Shown here: piece by piece, positions 37,397-47,380 of the stretch
Position numbering within the stretch: position 1 is the first letter of the stretch
Layout: the number at the start of each line of letters is the position of its first letter
Assembly (NCBI GenBank): GCA_032249395.1
Contig: JAVVFY010000002.1
Coordinates: forward strand, 4,239-68,238
Reading direction: 5' to 3'
DNA: 64,000 nucleotides
DNA from: Candidatus Aenigmatarchaeota archaeon
GTDB taxonomy: Archaea; Aenigmatarchaeota; Aenigmatarchaeia; CG10238-14; SpSt-28
Program-made: the position numbers and the translations under genes
The notes under the pieces: generated by a model
What the model was told of the DNA's origin: nothing
What the model saw: only the letters and a program-made list of their open reading frames with translations
Databases searched by the model: none

Positions 37397-39622
37397 TTAC
37401 TTCTTTCCTTTAGATTGAGCATGCAACCAAAAGCTTGCTAGTAGACTTTCTAATTGTATTAACTCATTTGCACCCTCTGAAATTCTAAAATCAACTTCTC
37501 CACATTTTTCTATTAACTCAACTTTTGCTCTATCATCTATATTCAAAGAAGGAATTTGTCTGTGAATTTCTGCAATTATATCACTTCCAGCTAAACCCTT
37601 CTTGATAATCATTTCTCCTAGCATCTTTCTAGCTTCTATGAATTTTCCATTCAAAGCTAAATCAAGCATTTGCCTAACTTCTTGCGGCTTTGCTAAAGAA
37701 GCTGCCTCATAAATAGTATCTTCAGTTATTTTTTCTCCTAGAGCAGAAGCTATTTGCAATATATTAGCTGTTCTCCTTAAATCTCCTTCAACAATTCTAA
37801 CAACAGCCCTTATTCCATCTTCTGTTATTTTTAATTTTTCCCCTTCGACAATTCTTCTAACATACTCTTCAACGTGCTCATCGTCTAAAGCTTTAAATCT
37901 AAAAACGGCACATCTCGATTGAATTGGTTCAATAATTTTGCTAGAATAATTACAAATCAATATAAATCTTGAAATGCTTGCATACATTTCCATCATTCTT
38001 CTTAAAGCTTGTTGAGCGTCACTTGTCATTGCATCGGCTTCATCTAAAATTATTAATTTAAACGGAACGTCTCCTATAGCAACAGTCCTAGCAAATTCTT
38101 TCACCTGACCTCTTATAACATCTATACCTCTTTCATCTGAGTTGTGTAAAAGAACTGGGACATTACCAGCAAAAAACATCTCATTACCTGGAACACTAAC
38201 ATCATAAACGAACCCCTCATAGTCTATAATTTCCAATTTCTTGACTTTCAGTACATGTATATCTGAAGAAACGAGCTTTTCCAAAAATTCTACAGTGAAC
38301 TTCTCTTTTTCATCTAATTTTTCCCTATCAACCATCTCTAAAATCTCTTTTAGAATGTTTTTCGAAACCCTTCTCTTCTTTTCATAAAGTTGATGTCTCA
38401 ATTTATATCTCCAATTTCCTTTTATTTTCCTTTCAATATCCGTTAAAAGCTTTACTACAATTTCGGCTGGCAACAATTCGCTTTTCTTCCATTTCATAGC
38501 TCCTTTCCATATCAGTCTTACCTCTCTTTTGAAAATAGATGACTCAATGCCAGAAGTCCTAGCTAACCAAACAACATCAGTTAACAATTCTCTTGAGACA
38601 GAAGATATTCTAACAACTTTATTCCATTCTCCGCAGCCATCTCCATCTGCCAAACCTTTTAGGTAGTTTATTCTTTCTTTGATTGAAGAATGAAAAACAA
38701 ACGATGGTACCCTCTTGTTATCTGCAATAAAAGGTTTACCATCATAAAAGTTTTCTTTCATAAATTTTGCTAAATTAGTGCTTAAAAGTCTAAGGTGAAT
38801 TGCCGATAGTTTTTTTCTATTAAAACCAGAACCAACTAATCTTTCATAAACACTTATTCCTAAATCATTTGCAAAATTTTTGATTTCATTTATAAGATTC
38901 GTTTCGTGAGCACCAAAGGTATATACTACTTGACCTGACGTGTTTCCTTTAAATCCTACACACCCTTCTGCAGTAAACAATCCAAAAGAATAGAAAAGGT
39001 TGTCTGCTTTAAAAGTAGTTATGTTTGTTGGCAGATTTGCTTCAAGATTAGAGACAAAACTTATAATGTAATCTCCTTCTTTTAACTCACTTGCAGATTT
39101 TGGCTTTAAACCATTTTTGTCTAACACCATCACGGAATGGTTTCCAGTAAGTTTTAGTTCGCCTCCACCCTCAAATCTAATTTTTAATATCTTGTTAACT
39201 TTGTGTCTTATTATTTTTGAAACTTTTTCCCATTTTACCTTTAGATTATTATCCACCGTGAGAACCTCTAAATTGTTAACATCTTTGTAAAATTCGTTTT
39301 CCTTAAAATAGATACTATCAAGCTCCTCAAAATTTGTCCTTTTTATTTTTCCGTTAATTTTTACTAAGATAGGTGTATCTTTTGAAACTGATGCATTGAG
39401 CTGTAATACATTTTGCCTCCATTGTTCGCCATATAATTCTCTAGCTAAAACTAATGCAAGAGTTGTTTTTCCTGTACCTGGTGGCCCTGCGAAAAGCATG
39501 TGCGGTATGTTTTTGCTTTTAGCAAAAGCCTTTACCCTTTCAACAACGTTCTCCTGATTAATTATTTCGTCAAATTTTTTTGGTCTATACTTTTCTGCCC
39601 AAACCTCAAACTCTTTTGCCAT
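37397..39622 (-). CDS. rfcS: Replication factor C small subunit with intein
   Basis: WAEKYRP, GPPGTGKT, LNA|intein|SDERGID, LDEAD, IQSRC. Confidence 0.96.
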   Translation of the reverse strand: MAKEFEVWAEKYRPKKFDEIINQENVVERVKAFAKSKNIPHMLFAGPPGTGKTTLALVLARELYGEQWRQNVLQLNASVSKDTPILVKINGKIKRTNFEELDSIYFKENEFYKDVNNLEVLTVDNNLKVKWEKVSKIIRHKVNKILKIRFEGGGELKLTGNHSVMVLDKNGLKPKSASELKEGDYIISFVSNLEANLPTNITTFKADNLFYSFGLFTAEGCVGFKGNTSGQVVYTFGAHETNLINEIKNFANDLGISVYERLVGSGFNRKKLSAIHLRLLSTNLAKFMKENFYDGKPFIADNKRVPSFVFHSSIKERINYLKGLADGDGCGEWNKVVRISSVSRELLTDVVWLARTSGIESSIFKREVRLIWKGAMKWKKSELLPAEIVVKLLTDIERKIKGNWRYKLRHQLYEKKRRVSKNILKEILEMVDREKLDEKEKFTVEFLEKLVSSDIHVLKVKKLEIIDYEGFVYDVSVPGNEMFFAGNVPVLLHNSDERGIDVIRGQVKEFARTVAIGDVPFKLIILDEADAMTSDAQQALRRMMEMYASISRFILICNYSSKIIEPIQSRCAVFRFKALDDEHVEEYVRRIVEGEKLKITEDGIRAVVRIVEGDLRRTANILQIASALGEKITEDTIYEAASLAKPQEVRQMLDLALNGKFIEARKMLGEMIIKKGLAGSDIIAEIHRQIPSLNIDDRAKVELIEKCGEVDFRISEGANELIQLESLLASFWLHAQSKGKK
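38141..39391 (-). mobile_element. Intein (417 aa) with LAGLIDADG-type endonuclease in RFC-S
   Basis: Starts SVSKDTPIL; LTGNH block B; FGLFTAEG and LKGLADGDG motifs; ends VYDVSV...LLHN followed by Ser. Confidence 0.95.
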
Positions 39623-39654
39623 AATTCTTTATTTCTTTTTCTTCATTAAAAACT

Positions 39655-42255
39655 TTAAACCAATGCTGCAGTTCCTCCGGAATGCCATGATACTCTCGGT
39701 CTTATAACAACTGTGAAAACTTTCTCTAAGTTATCATCTAAAATCAGAGCTGCACCAGGCCATCTTGGTAGAGAATTCAAGTAAGCTTCTAATTCTTCCT
39801 GCATATAGGTTTGCATAACGGCATGAAGTGCTTGAATATCATCTCTGGATGTAAGTCTAAAGGAAATTACAATATCTGTTTGACTTAAAATCTCCTGATG
39901 TATTTTATTAGGCATTTGTGTTATAACTACTAAACCTACTCCAGGTTCTCTACCTTGTTTTGCAATTATTTTTATTGGTTCACTACTAGCAACTTCTTTA
40001 TCGCTTGGTATAAAGTTATGAGCCTCTTCTAAAATCAACCAAACTATTGGAAATGTGAATTTCGGTTTTTCTCCGGTTATTTTAAACTTTTCTTCTTCTT
40101 TTCTGGCTAAAACTCTTAATCTATAAATTTCTCTTGCTATTAATGCTACTAACAAATTTCTCAATTCTTCTGATCTCATTCTGGAAACATCTATAACAGT
40201 TATCTTTCCTGGCTCGGCTATTTCTTCTATTTTTGTTCCTTCCTTCACAATAAGTTTCCACTCGTTAGCAACAGATAACAAACTTACCAAAGCGTCTCTA
40301 ACTTCTTTTTTCGTTTCTTCATCTTTTCTAATTTCTTCAATCAAGTCAGTCAAATCAAATTTCTCTTTTTCTCTTTGAAGTTTTGTAAAATTTTTTTCAA
40401 GAGCAACTCCTTCTTCACTTAATCTATCCAACCTGAAAGCCAATAATATTTCTTCTGGAGTTAATTCACTTAAACTCAAAGCAATAGTTCCATCAACTGG
40501 AACTCCAGCATTTTTATAGCTCTCTAGCTGACCAATAGGAACTAAAACTTTTAGATTTGTTAAACCTTTCGGCTCCAATTGCCATTCCTTCAATAAATTC
40601 TTTTGTTGTTCATTAGGATATTTCATACTCCAGTAAATTCCAACTGGATCGACAACAATAAAAGACATTTTGTTTCTGTATTCATCTGGCAAAAAAGAAA
40701 ATTCTTCAAGAATTGCTCCTGCAGAGTATGAATTGTGTAAAATTACACCATTACCAACAAAATTGTGCTCATCGTTTACGGTAATGTCAAATACTTTTGT
40801 TCTTTCATTAATTGTAGTCTTCTCAACAACTTTTACCCAAACGATGTCTGGAGAGGAAATTTTAAGTAGATATTCATCATTAAAATATTCTCCGATTTTT
40901 CTGATTGTCGATTTCAAAGGATTATACTTGTATTTTGTAGAAACACCTTTCCAATTCTTATATCCCAGAGCTTTACCTATCTCTTTTTTCGAGTATTTTT
41001 CTTTTATGTATTTCCATATTGATTTTGGCAAATAATCGAAATTTGAATGATATTTTCTATTGTTGGCTAAAATCTCACTTATTAGTTTCTCTTTTCCTGG
41101 AAAACCTATATGAGTTATGAACTTTTTAATAGATTCTTTATCTGTAACAAAAAGAGTATAGTAAGTTTCTCCTTTAACCTTTTTCTCTCTTATGTATGAA
41201 AATATACCAAATCTGAGAAGCAAATAGAAAACTCCTTCTACCATTTTTCTGGATTTAGAAGCATACTCCAAAACATAAACTTGTTTACCTCTACTTTTTT
41301 TCTTGTATAGCGAGCCATCTCCTATAAACAAACATCGAAGGAAAAGGGCAATTTTTTTGTTAGAAAGAGAAAAGATAAACGAAGGTATAAACTTTTCTCC
41401 AGCTTTTTTGTTTTTTAATCCAAGCGATTCTAACCAGTTTAGCAGACTATTTCTCTCAAATATTAATCTAGATCCTTTAGAAAATTTACCATTTGGTAAT
41501 CGTCTAACATTATTCTCTTTAAGTTTTAGTTTAGTACCAACAACACGATATGTCGATGGATTACTCTTCATTCTCACTACTTTGAGACTTTTGTCAAACT
41601 TTTTCACACATTCTATAAAATCGTTAACAACTTCTTTGCTAGAATTTGTAAACCACACAAATGTTTTCCCTATGGTTCCTTCTGATAATATGTATCCTAA
41701 CAATTTTATCTTTTCATCTTCGATGTTATCAGTTCCTTCTACCGGAAAATAAGATGCAACAGCTATAACATCACCTTCTTTAATATCTTCAGCTCTTTTC
41801 CAACCAAAAGGAGTTAAGATCGGGTGTTCTTTTGTGACTTTTATCTCTATTCCATTCCAAAGTTTCATTTTTATTATGCTATCTACTTCTCTCTCAAAAA
41901 AATCGATAGCTTTAGAGGGCTTTATTTTAAAGTTGTCTTGATTTAGTGAAAGCACTCTAGAAATTTCTCTTTTCTTAACTAATTCCTCGATAGGCAAAAG
42001 TCTTCCATCTCCAAGTTGCACTAGAGTATCTCCAGTTACACACTTTCCGCTACCCCTTTTTCCACAAATCAAAATAACGTGAATTTTCAAGAAATCTAGA
42101 TAAACTTTTGTTGTTAAATGAGCATCTTCTCCTTTTCCAACAATGTGTTTACCAATATAACCAGCACCTATATTTCCAAACTTCTCCAAATCTTTTCTTT
42201 CTCTACCAACAACAGTTGGATAAGCTTTAACAATATCCTCATAAAATTCTTCCAT
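39655..42255 (-). CDS. HerA/FtsK-like (DUF87) ATPase with intein
   Basis: ICGKRGSGK|intein|SY, VDPVG, LILEEAHNFIP, KQGREPG, TQMP. Confidence 0.9.
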   Translation of the reverse strand: MEEFYEDIVKAYPTVVGRERKDLEKFGNIGAGYIGKHIVGKGEDAHLTTKVYLDFLKIHVILICGKRGSGKCVTGDTLVQLGDGRLLPIEELVKKREISRVLSLNQDNFKIKPSKAIDFFEREVDSIIKMKLWNGIEIKVTKEHPILTPFGWKRAEDIKEGDVIAVASYFPVEGTDNIEDEKIKLLGYILSEGTIGKTFVWFTNSSKEVVNDFIECVKKFDKSLKVVRMKSNPSTYRVVGTKLKLKENNVRRLPNGKFSKGSRLIFERNSLLNWLESLGLKNKKAGEKFIPSFIFSLSNKKIALFLRCLFIGDGSLYKKKSRGKQVYVLEYASKSRKMVEGVFYLLLRFGIFSYIREKKVKGETYYTLFVTDKESIKKFITHIGFPGKEKLISEILANNRKYHSNFDYLPKSIWKYIKEKYSKKEIGKALGYKNWKGVSTKYKYNPLKSTIRKIGEYFNDEYLLKISSPDIVWVKVVEKTTINERTKVFDITVNDEHNFVGNGVILHNSYSAGAILEEFSFLPDEYRNKMSFIVVDPVGIYWSMKYPNEQQKNLLKEWQLEPKGLTNLKVLVPIGQLESYKNAGVPVDGTIALSLSELTPEEILLAFRLDRLSEEGVALEKNFTKLQREKEKFDLTDLIEEIRKDEETKKEVRDALVSLLSVANEWKLIVKEGTKIEEIAEPGKITVIDVSRMRSEELRNLLVALIAREIYRLRVLARKEEEKFKITGEKPKFTFPIVWLILEEAHNFIPSDKEVASSEPIKIIAKQGREPGVGLVVITQMPNKIHQEILSQTDIVISFRLTSRDDIQALHAVMQTYMQEELEAYLNSLPRWPGAALILDDNLEKVFTVVIRPRVSWHSGGTAALV
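40732..42042 (-). mobile_element. Intein (437 aa) with LAGLIDADG-type endonuclease in the Walker A motif
   Basis: Starts CVTGDT; TKEHP; LGYILSEG and LRCLFIGDG; ends VFDITV...ILHN followed by Ser. Confidence 0.95.
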
Positions 42256-42287
42256 AAAAATTATTTCTCTGATAAATTATTATTGAT

Positions 42288-42374
42288 GGGGCCGTAGTCT
42301 AGCTTGGTCTAGGACGCCACCTTGGGGAATTATACAAAATGGTGGTAACCCGAGTTCAAATCTCGGCGGCCCCA
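42288..42374 (+). tRNA. tRNA-Pro(GGG) with 12-nt intron (42328-42339)
   Basis: CCACC-TT-GGG-G-[AATTATACAAAA]-T-GGTGG; GGGGCCG/CGGCCCC acceptor. Confidence 0.9.
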
Positions 42375-42412
42375 AAATTGTTTTTTAATTATTCGAAACT
42401 ATTAGTATTGAT

Positions 42413-43417
42413 ATGAAAATTGCTTTCTATGAGGTAAGAGAAGACGAAAAGGAGTATTTTAAAGATAAGTTGAAAAATTTTGAGCTATTATTCTTTTCCG
42501 ATCCTATTAAAGAAGATAATGTTGTTTATGATGCTGATATCATATCTATTTTCGTAGATTCCAAAATAAACAAGAATTTATTAGATAAACTTAAGAACAC
42601 CAAACTCATTTGCACGAGATCTACAGGTTATGATCACATAGACTTAGAAGAGTGTAAAAAAAGAGGAATAGTTGTATCAAATGTTCCCAGCTATGGTATT
42701 GAAACTGTTGCCGAACACACATTTGCTCTCATCTTGGCTGCGTCTAGAAGGCTAATCGAAAGTTTTGAAAGAACTAGAAAAGGAGAATTCTCAAACAAAA
42801 ATTTGACTGGGTTTGAACTAAGGGGAAAAACAATTGGAATAATAGGAGCTGGGAAAATAGGAAGGAGGGTTGCGGAAATAGCAAAAGCTTTTGGAATGAG
42901 AGTTTTAGCATATGATATTTTCCAGAACATAGATGAGGCAAAAAGAATTGGATATGAGTATGTTCCGCTAGATACTTTATTGAAAGAATCAGACATAATA
43001 ACACTTCATGCCAATTTAACAAAAGAAAATTATCACATGATAAACAAAGACGCTTTTGAAAAAATGAAAGATGGTGTAGTAATAGTTAACACTGCTAGGG
43101 GAGCAATAATAGATACTGAGGCTCTTATAAAATATTTGAAATCCGGAAAAGTTTCTTATGCGGCATTAGATGTTTTAGAGGCCGAGCCAGAAATAAAAGA
43201 AGAAATGCAAGTTTTTGAAAAAGAACAAGATATTATTCAAATAAAAAAATTACTTTTCAATCACATTCTATTCGAAATGGAAGACAGATTAGAGAGAGTA
43301 ATAATAACTCCGCATAATGCTTTCAACAGCAAAGAAGCGCTTGAAGAAATAAAGAGAACGACAGTTGATAATATCATCTCATTCATAAATGGCAAACCCA
43401 TTAATGTTGTGGTGTGA
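42413..43417 (+). CDS. D-2-hydroxyacid dehydrogenase (D-lactate dehydrogenase-like)
   Basis: RSTGYDHID, GAGKIG, VNTARG, LDVLE, TPHNAF. Confidence 0.93.
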   Translation: MKIAFYEVREDEKEYFKDKLKNFELLFFSDPIKEDNVVYDADIISIFVDSKINKNLLDKLKNTKLICTRSTGYDHIDLEECKKRGIVVSNVPSYGIETVAEHTFALILAASRRLIESFERTRKGEFSNKNLTGFELRGKTIGIIGAGKIGRRVAEIAKAFGMRVLAYDIFQNIDEAKRIGYEYVPLDTLLKESDIITLHANLTKENYHMINKDAFEKMKDGVVIVNTARGAIIDTEALIKYLKSGKVSYAALDVLEAEPEIKEEMQVFEKEQDIIQIKKLLFNHILFEMEDRLERVIITPHNAFNSKEALEEIKRTTVDNIISFINGKPINVVV

Positions 43418-43481
43418 TTCTTTAATAGATTAAATAGATTAAGCGGTCAAAAATGTTATTTTAAGCTGTTTAGATTATATT

Positions 43482-44054
43482 ATGGGCAACGAACTAGTAG
43501 AGAAAATTAGAAACATAGTTATAGATGTCTGCAAACAACTGGAAAGACTCGATGATTATAATTATCATATATCTGTTGTAGAAAATCTTGCTGTAGATCT
43601 TGGAAAAAGATTTGGTGCAGACGAAGAAATACTGAGGATTGCGGCTTTATTACATGAGATATGAAGAATTAAATTTGGTTCGGAGAGACATGAAGAAACA
43701 GGAGCAATAGAAGCTGAGAAGATTTTGAAAGAATTGAAGTTAGAAGAAAAGACGATAGAAAAGATTATAGAGTGTATAAAAGAGCATAGACATGAAAAAC
43801 CAACAATTCCTGTTTCTTTAGAAGCCAAAATCTTGAAGATTGCAGATGCATACTCACATTTCAAAAAACCTTTGGAGATTGCTTATATGGCAGTTAAGAT
43901 GGGTTTTGGATTAGAGGAAAGCTTATTGTGGATGAAGAATAAACTAGAAAAAGACTTGAAGTTTTTGAAGGAGATGAGCAACGAATTAGATATAAAAGAT
44001 GTTATAGAAGAATGTGAGAAGAAATATGAATGCTTCTCATGCTTATTAAGTTAG
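43482..44054 (+). pseudogene. HD-domain protein with one in-frame TGA
   Basis: HISVV...AALLHEI*RIKFGSERHEETGA...KEH...IADA; TGA at 43662-43664 where Gly of HDIG is expected. Confidence 0.85.
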
Positions 44055-44144
44055 TTTCTTATGAATTTCTATAGAGGGGACGTAGTCTAACTTGGCTAGG
44101 ACGCCGGCCTTGGGCGCCGGGAATCTGGGTTCAAATCCCAGCGT
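43939..44144 (+). repeat. 206-bp direct repeat, copy 1
   Basis: Identical by eye to 46232-46437; covers the HD gene 3' end and tRNA-Pro nt 1-69. Confidence 0.95.
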
Positions 44145-44149
44145 CCCCA
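44076..44149 (+). tRNA. tRNA-Pro(TGG)
   Basis: GGGGACG/CGTCCCC acceptor, CCGGC-CTTGGGC-GCCGG anticodon arm. Confidence 0.95.
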
Positions 44150-44196
44150 TTTCACAATTGATAAATATTTATAAAGTAAGGAAAACCGTAAAACAC

Positions 44197-44820
44197 ATGA
44201 AAGAAGATTCTATAAAAAAGTCGATGACAAAAGTTGTCCTTTATATTGTTCTAACAATAATTGTATTGGCTGTAGTTAAATGGGTTTTTAATGATGGTGT
44301 AAAAATTATAGCTAACTTGACACATTATAACGGGATTTATGGCCTAAAAGATTATGAGCTCTATACAAACTTGCTAGTAATTATTGTATTTGGTTGGATG
44401 ATAATTAACTCACTGGCTTCTAAATTTTAACTAATTTTTAATGAGAAATATGGTGAATATACGGCAGCTGCAATAAGAAGCCTTGTAAGAATTTTAGGAG
44501 TTGGTGGATTAATAGCTGGAATTGCAGGTTTAGTTGGTGGTGGAGTCGCCGCTGTTGCACTAGGTGGTTTTATAGGAATGGTAATAGGTTTTGCTACTCA
44601 ACAAGTTTTGGGTCAAGCAATAGCTGGTTTGTTTATAATGATTACAAGACCATTTAAAATTAATGACGTCGTAGATGTGGCTGGAGAAAGTGAAGTTGTG
44701 GTCAAGGATATAACATCATTGTTTACTGTAGTAGAGAGAAAATATGGATTGATAGATTTAGTACCAAGTTCTATGATTATTAGTCAAAAAATTGTATTCA
44801 GAAATACATCTGGTAAATAA
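44197..44820 (+). pseudogene. MscS small mechanosensitive channel with one in-frame TAA
   Basis: ...SLASKF*LIFNEKYG...GMVIGFATQQVLGQAIAGLFIMITRPFKINDVV; stop at 44428-44430. Confidence 0.85.
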
Positions 44821-44834
44821 AAAATACAATGATA

Positions 44835-45623
44835 TTACTCGTATTTTTTAAAAACAACTTCTTTACCATTTTCTATTAATCTGGCCTCTATTTCCACCAT
44901 ATCATCTATACCAGAGGTTTTTATTTTACTTTTTAGCAACTCATCAACCTGAAATATCCCTGCAGGATTTGACATTACTATAACTATCTTTATTGGTTTT
45001 TTATTTCCCTCTAGAATCTCTACCTTTTCTATTGCTAAGGCAGATACAGAGTGTATGTCGATTTTCCCTAATTTGAATGGTATTCTTGCTCTACCCTTTT
45101 CCATATCTAAAGCATCTGCAATTTTAACTATTCCAGCTTCAATAGTAAATGGTTCTATATCTGCTTCATGAGAAAAAATAGCATGTAAAACTTCAAACTT
45201 TATTATATCTTTTTTTTCATCATCGTAAACTCCAGAAAGAAGCTCATCTAATATCTTATCTGCAATAACTATAGAAAAGAATGGATGATATTTCCTATGA
45301 ACAACATGACCAATATCATGCAACAATGAAGCTAAAGTTACGACGACTTCTGCGTCATCTATTCCCATATTATAGTTCTTAACAATGCTTGGAGTTATTC
45401 CCTTTTTTACCAATATTCTAAGTATTGTTAACGCATGATTGGCAACTATCTTCACATGGACTGGTCCATGATCATTATAACCAAGTCTATCTATTGCGTT
45501 TATATTAGAAGATTTAAGTAGAGTCAATAATCTTGTATTTTTGTTTATATTAGAAACTAGCTTAAGCAATTTTTCATTTCCATTATATGTAACCCCAAAA
45601 AAATTCCCAGATTTGTTTTCCAT
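44835..45623 (-). CDS. HD-superfamily phosphohydrolase
   Basis: RLGYNDHGPVH, LLHDIGH, IADALDMEKGRAR. Confidence 0.9.
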   Translation of the reverse strand: MENKSGNFFGVTYNGNEKLLKLVSNINKNTRLLTLLKSSNINAIDRLGYNDHGPVHVKIVANHALTILRILVKKGITPSIVKNYNMGIDDAEVVVTLASLLHDIGHVVHRKYHPFFSIVIADKILDELLSGVYDDEKKDIIKFEVLHAIFSHEADIEPFTIEAGIVKIADALDMEKGRARIPFKLGKIDIHSVSALAIEKVEILEGNKKPIKIVIVMSNPAGIFQVDELLKSKIKTSGIDDMVEIEARLIENGKEVVFKKYE

Positions 45624-45683
45624 TTTCCATCACCTCTTTTAAGAGTTTATTTTAAGCTGAAAATTTAAATATTTTAAAAGTTC

Positions 45684-46231
45684 TTAGCTGCTGGAATAGT
45701 AATATATCCTTAATATGTTGTTGCTGAACAAAACATTACCTTCACTTATTAGAGAGACTGAAACATTGTTATTTGGATATAATAAAAGTGGATTACCTGC
45801 TAAGTCTCTGGTTATGTTAATGTGAAAAGTTCTAAACATAGGTTTACCAATGAACACTATTTGGTTGTTAAACTTGATCCGGATTGATGGAAGTTGTTGA
45901 GAATCCGACACTAAGATAGAAGAAAATCCTAATGCATAGAAATTATCGATCTCCCATCTAGAAAGCGGAACCTCAAATATATATGGATAGGACTTATACT
46001 TAACTTTAACTTCTGCTCTCACTACATGGTATGACGTTTTAAATAAAATTCCAAAACCCTCATTCTCTGCCTCAAGTCTAACAAAGTTAATTTCTTTTAA
46101 ATAGCTCAAATTCAAAGATATTTCCTCAAAGTATCCGCCACTTTCAATCTTATTTCTATAAATAACATTGCCGTTAAGTTTGACCACAAAATATCCAGGT
46201 CCGCCTACTTCATCTAAAATTAAATTCAATT
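45684..46231 (-). pseudogene. 5'-truncated paralog of the 48060-49160 surface protein
   Basis: Shares VVK.NGNVI, EEI, ENEGF, KYKS.P..FEVPLS..EIDNFYAL, FSNNI; N-terminal half replaced by repeat copy 2. Confidence 0.75.
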
Positions 46232-46437
46232 ATAAACTAGAAAAAGACTTGAAGTTTTTGAAGGAGATGAGCAACGAATTAGATATAAAAGATGTTATAG
46301 AAGAATGTGAGAAGAAATATGAATGCTTCTCATGCTTATTAAGTTAGTTTCTTATGAATTTCTATAGAGGGGACGTAGTCTAACTTGGCTAGGACGCCGG
46401 CCTTGGGCGCCGGGAATCTGGGTTCAAATCCCAGCGT
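46232..46437 (+). repeat. 206-bp direct repeat, copy 2
   Basis: Identical by eye to 43939-44144. Confidence 0.95.
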
Positions 46438-46442
46438 TTCCA
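46369..46442 (+). tRNA. Variant tRNA-Pro(TGG) copy with G3.U70 and G4.U69 (possibly pseudo-tRNA)
   Basis: Same as 44076-44149 except the 3' strand reads CGTTTCCA instead of CGTCCCCA. Confidence 0.6.
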
Positions 46443-46478
46443 CTTGAATTAATTAAGTTTAATATTCAGAATATCTAT

Positions 46479-47357
46479 ATGGATACGCTAGTAATTAGTG
46501 GTATAAACTCTATAAATCTTGCAAAAAGGATTGGAAGAAGAATAAAAGCGAAATTTATAAGTTTAGAATATAAGAAGTTTCCAGATGGTGAACTATACCT
46601 TAGATTGAAAAGCAAAATAAATAAAGGAAACGTAATTTTAGTGGAAACTCTTTACCCTCAAAACGATTCTATAATAGAGCTTCTTTTTTTGCTTGATCTA
46701 ATTAACGAGTTTAAACCAAAGAGTGTTACTCTTGTTTTACCATATTTCGCATACGCCAGACAACACAAAAGATACAGAAATTTTGAAGCAATTTCTGCAA
46801 AAACTCTTGCTAAACTAATCCAGAGCTTTGGAATCAATAAAATAATAGCAGTTAATCTACATTCCGAAGAAGTAATAAAATTTTTTGATATACCTGTTGT
46901 AAATTTAGCTGCAGAGAAATTAATAGCTGAATATTTCTTAAGTAAAAACCTAAAAAATCCTTTTGTTTTAATTCCAGACCAAGAGAGAGAAGAAATGGCA
47001 AAGAACGCAGCAGAAATTTTAAAATGCGAATATTCTTTTCTAAAAAAATATAGAAGCAGAGTTACTGGAGAAATAAAAACTGAAATTTTTAAAGATTTTG
47101 ATTTGAAAGGCAAAGATGTCATTATTCTAGATGACATAATAAGCAGTGGAAAAACAATGTTAAATGCAATTAAGATAGTTAAAAAGAAAAAAGCTAGGAA
47201 AATATTTGTTTCATGTGTTCATTACATCCCTTCGAGTATATACAAGAAATTTTTAAAACTCGGCGTTAAAGAAGTTGTAGCTACAAACACAATTCCTTCG
47301 GAAATAAGCAAAATAGATATCTCTCCATTAATTTCAAAAGAGATTGAAAATTTATAA
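46479..47357 (+). CDS. prs: Ribose-phosphate pyrophosphokinase
   Basis: FPDGELY, PYFAYARQ, NLHS, LDDIISSGKT. Confidence 0.94.
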   Translation: MDTLVISGINSINLAKRIGRRIKAKFISLEYKKFPDGELYLRLKSKINKGNVILVETLYPQNDSIIELLFLLDLINEFKPKSVTLVLPYFAYARQHKRYRNFEAISAKTLAKLIQSFGINKIIAVNLHSEEVIKFFDIPVVNLAAEKLIAEYFLSKNLKNPFVLIPDQEREEMAKNAAEILKCEYSFLKKYRSRVTGEIKTEIFKDFDLKGKDVIILDDIISSGKTMLNAIKIVKKKKARKIFVSCVHYIPSSIYKKFLKLGVKEVVATNTIPSEISKIDISPLISKEIENL

Positions 47358-47380
47358 AATAGAAGAATTAAATTAGAGTA

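Noticed and set aside
44092..44196. N-terminal extensions of track ORFs starting at 44092, 35474 and 50062
   Set aside because: They translate through tRNA genes; starts were reassigned to downstream ATGs.
16772..44430. Genetic-code reassignment or Sec/Pyl explaining the in-frame stops
   Set aside because: The lesions use all three stop codons, each one base from a plausible sense codon, and all three also terminate intact core genes.
44145..46231. Integrated element between attL/attR tRNA-Pro copies
   Set aside because: No integrase or mobile genes inside, and the repeat includes upstream sequence rather than only the tRNA 3' end.
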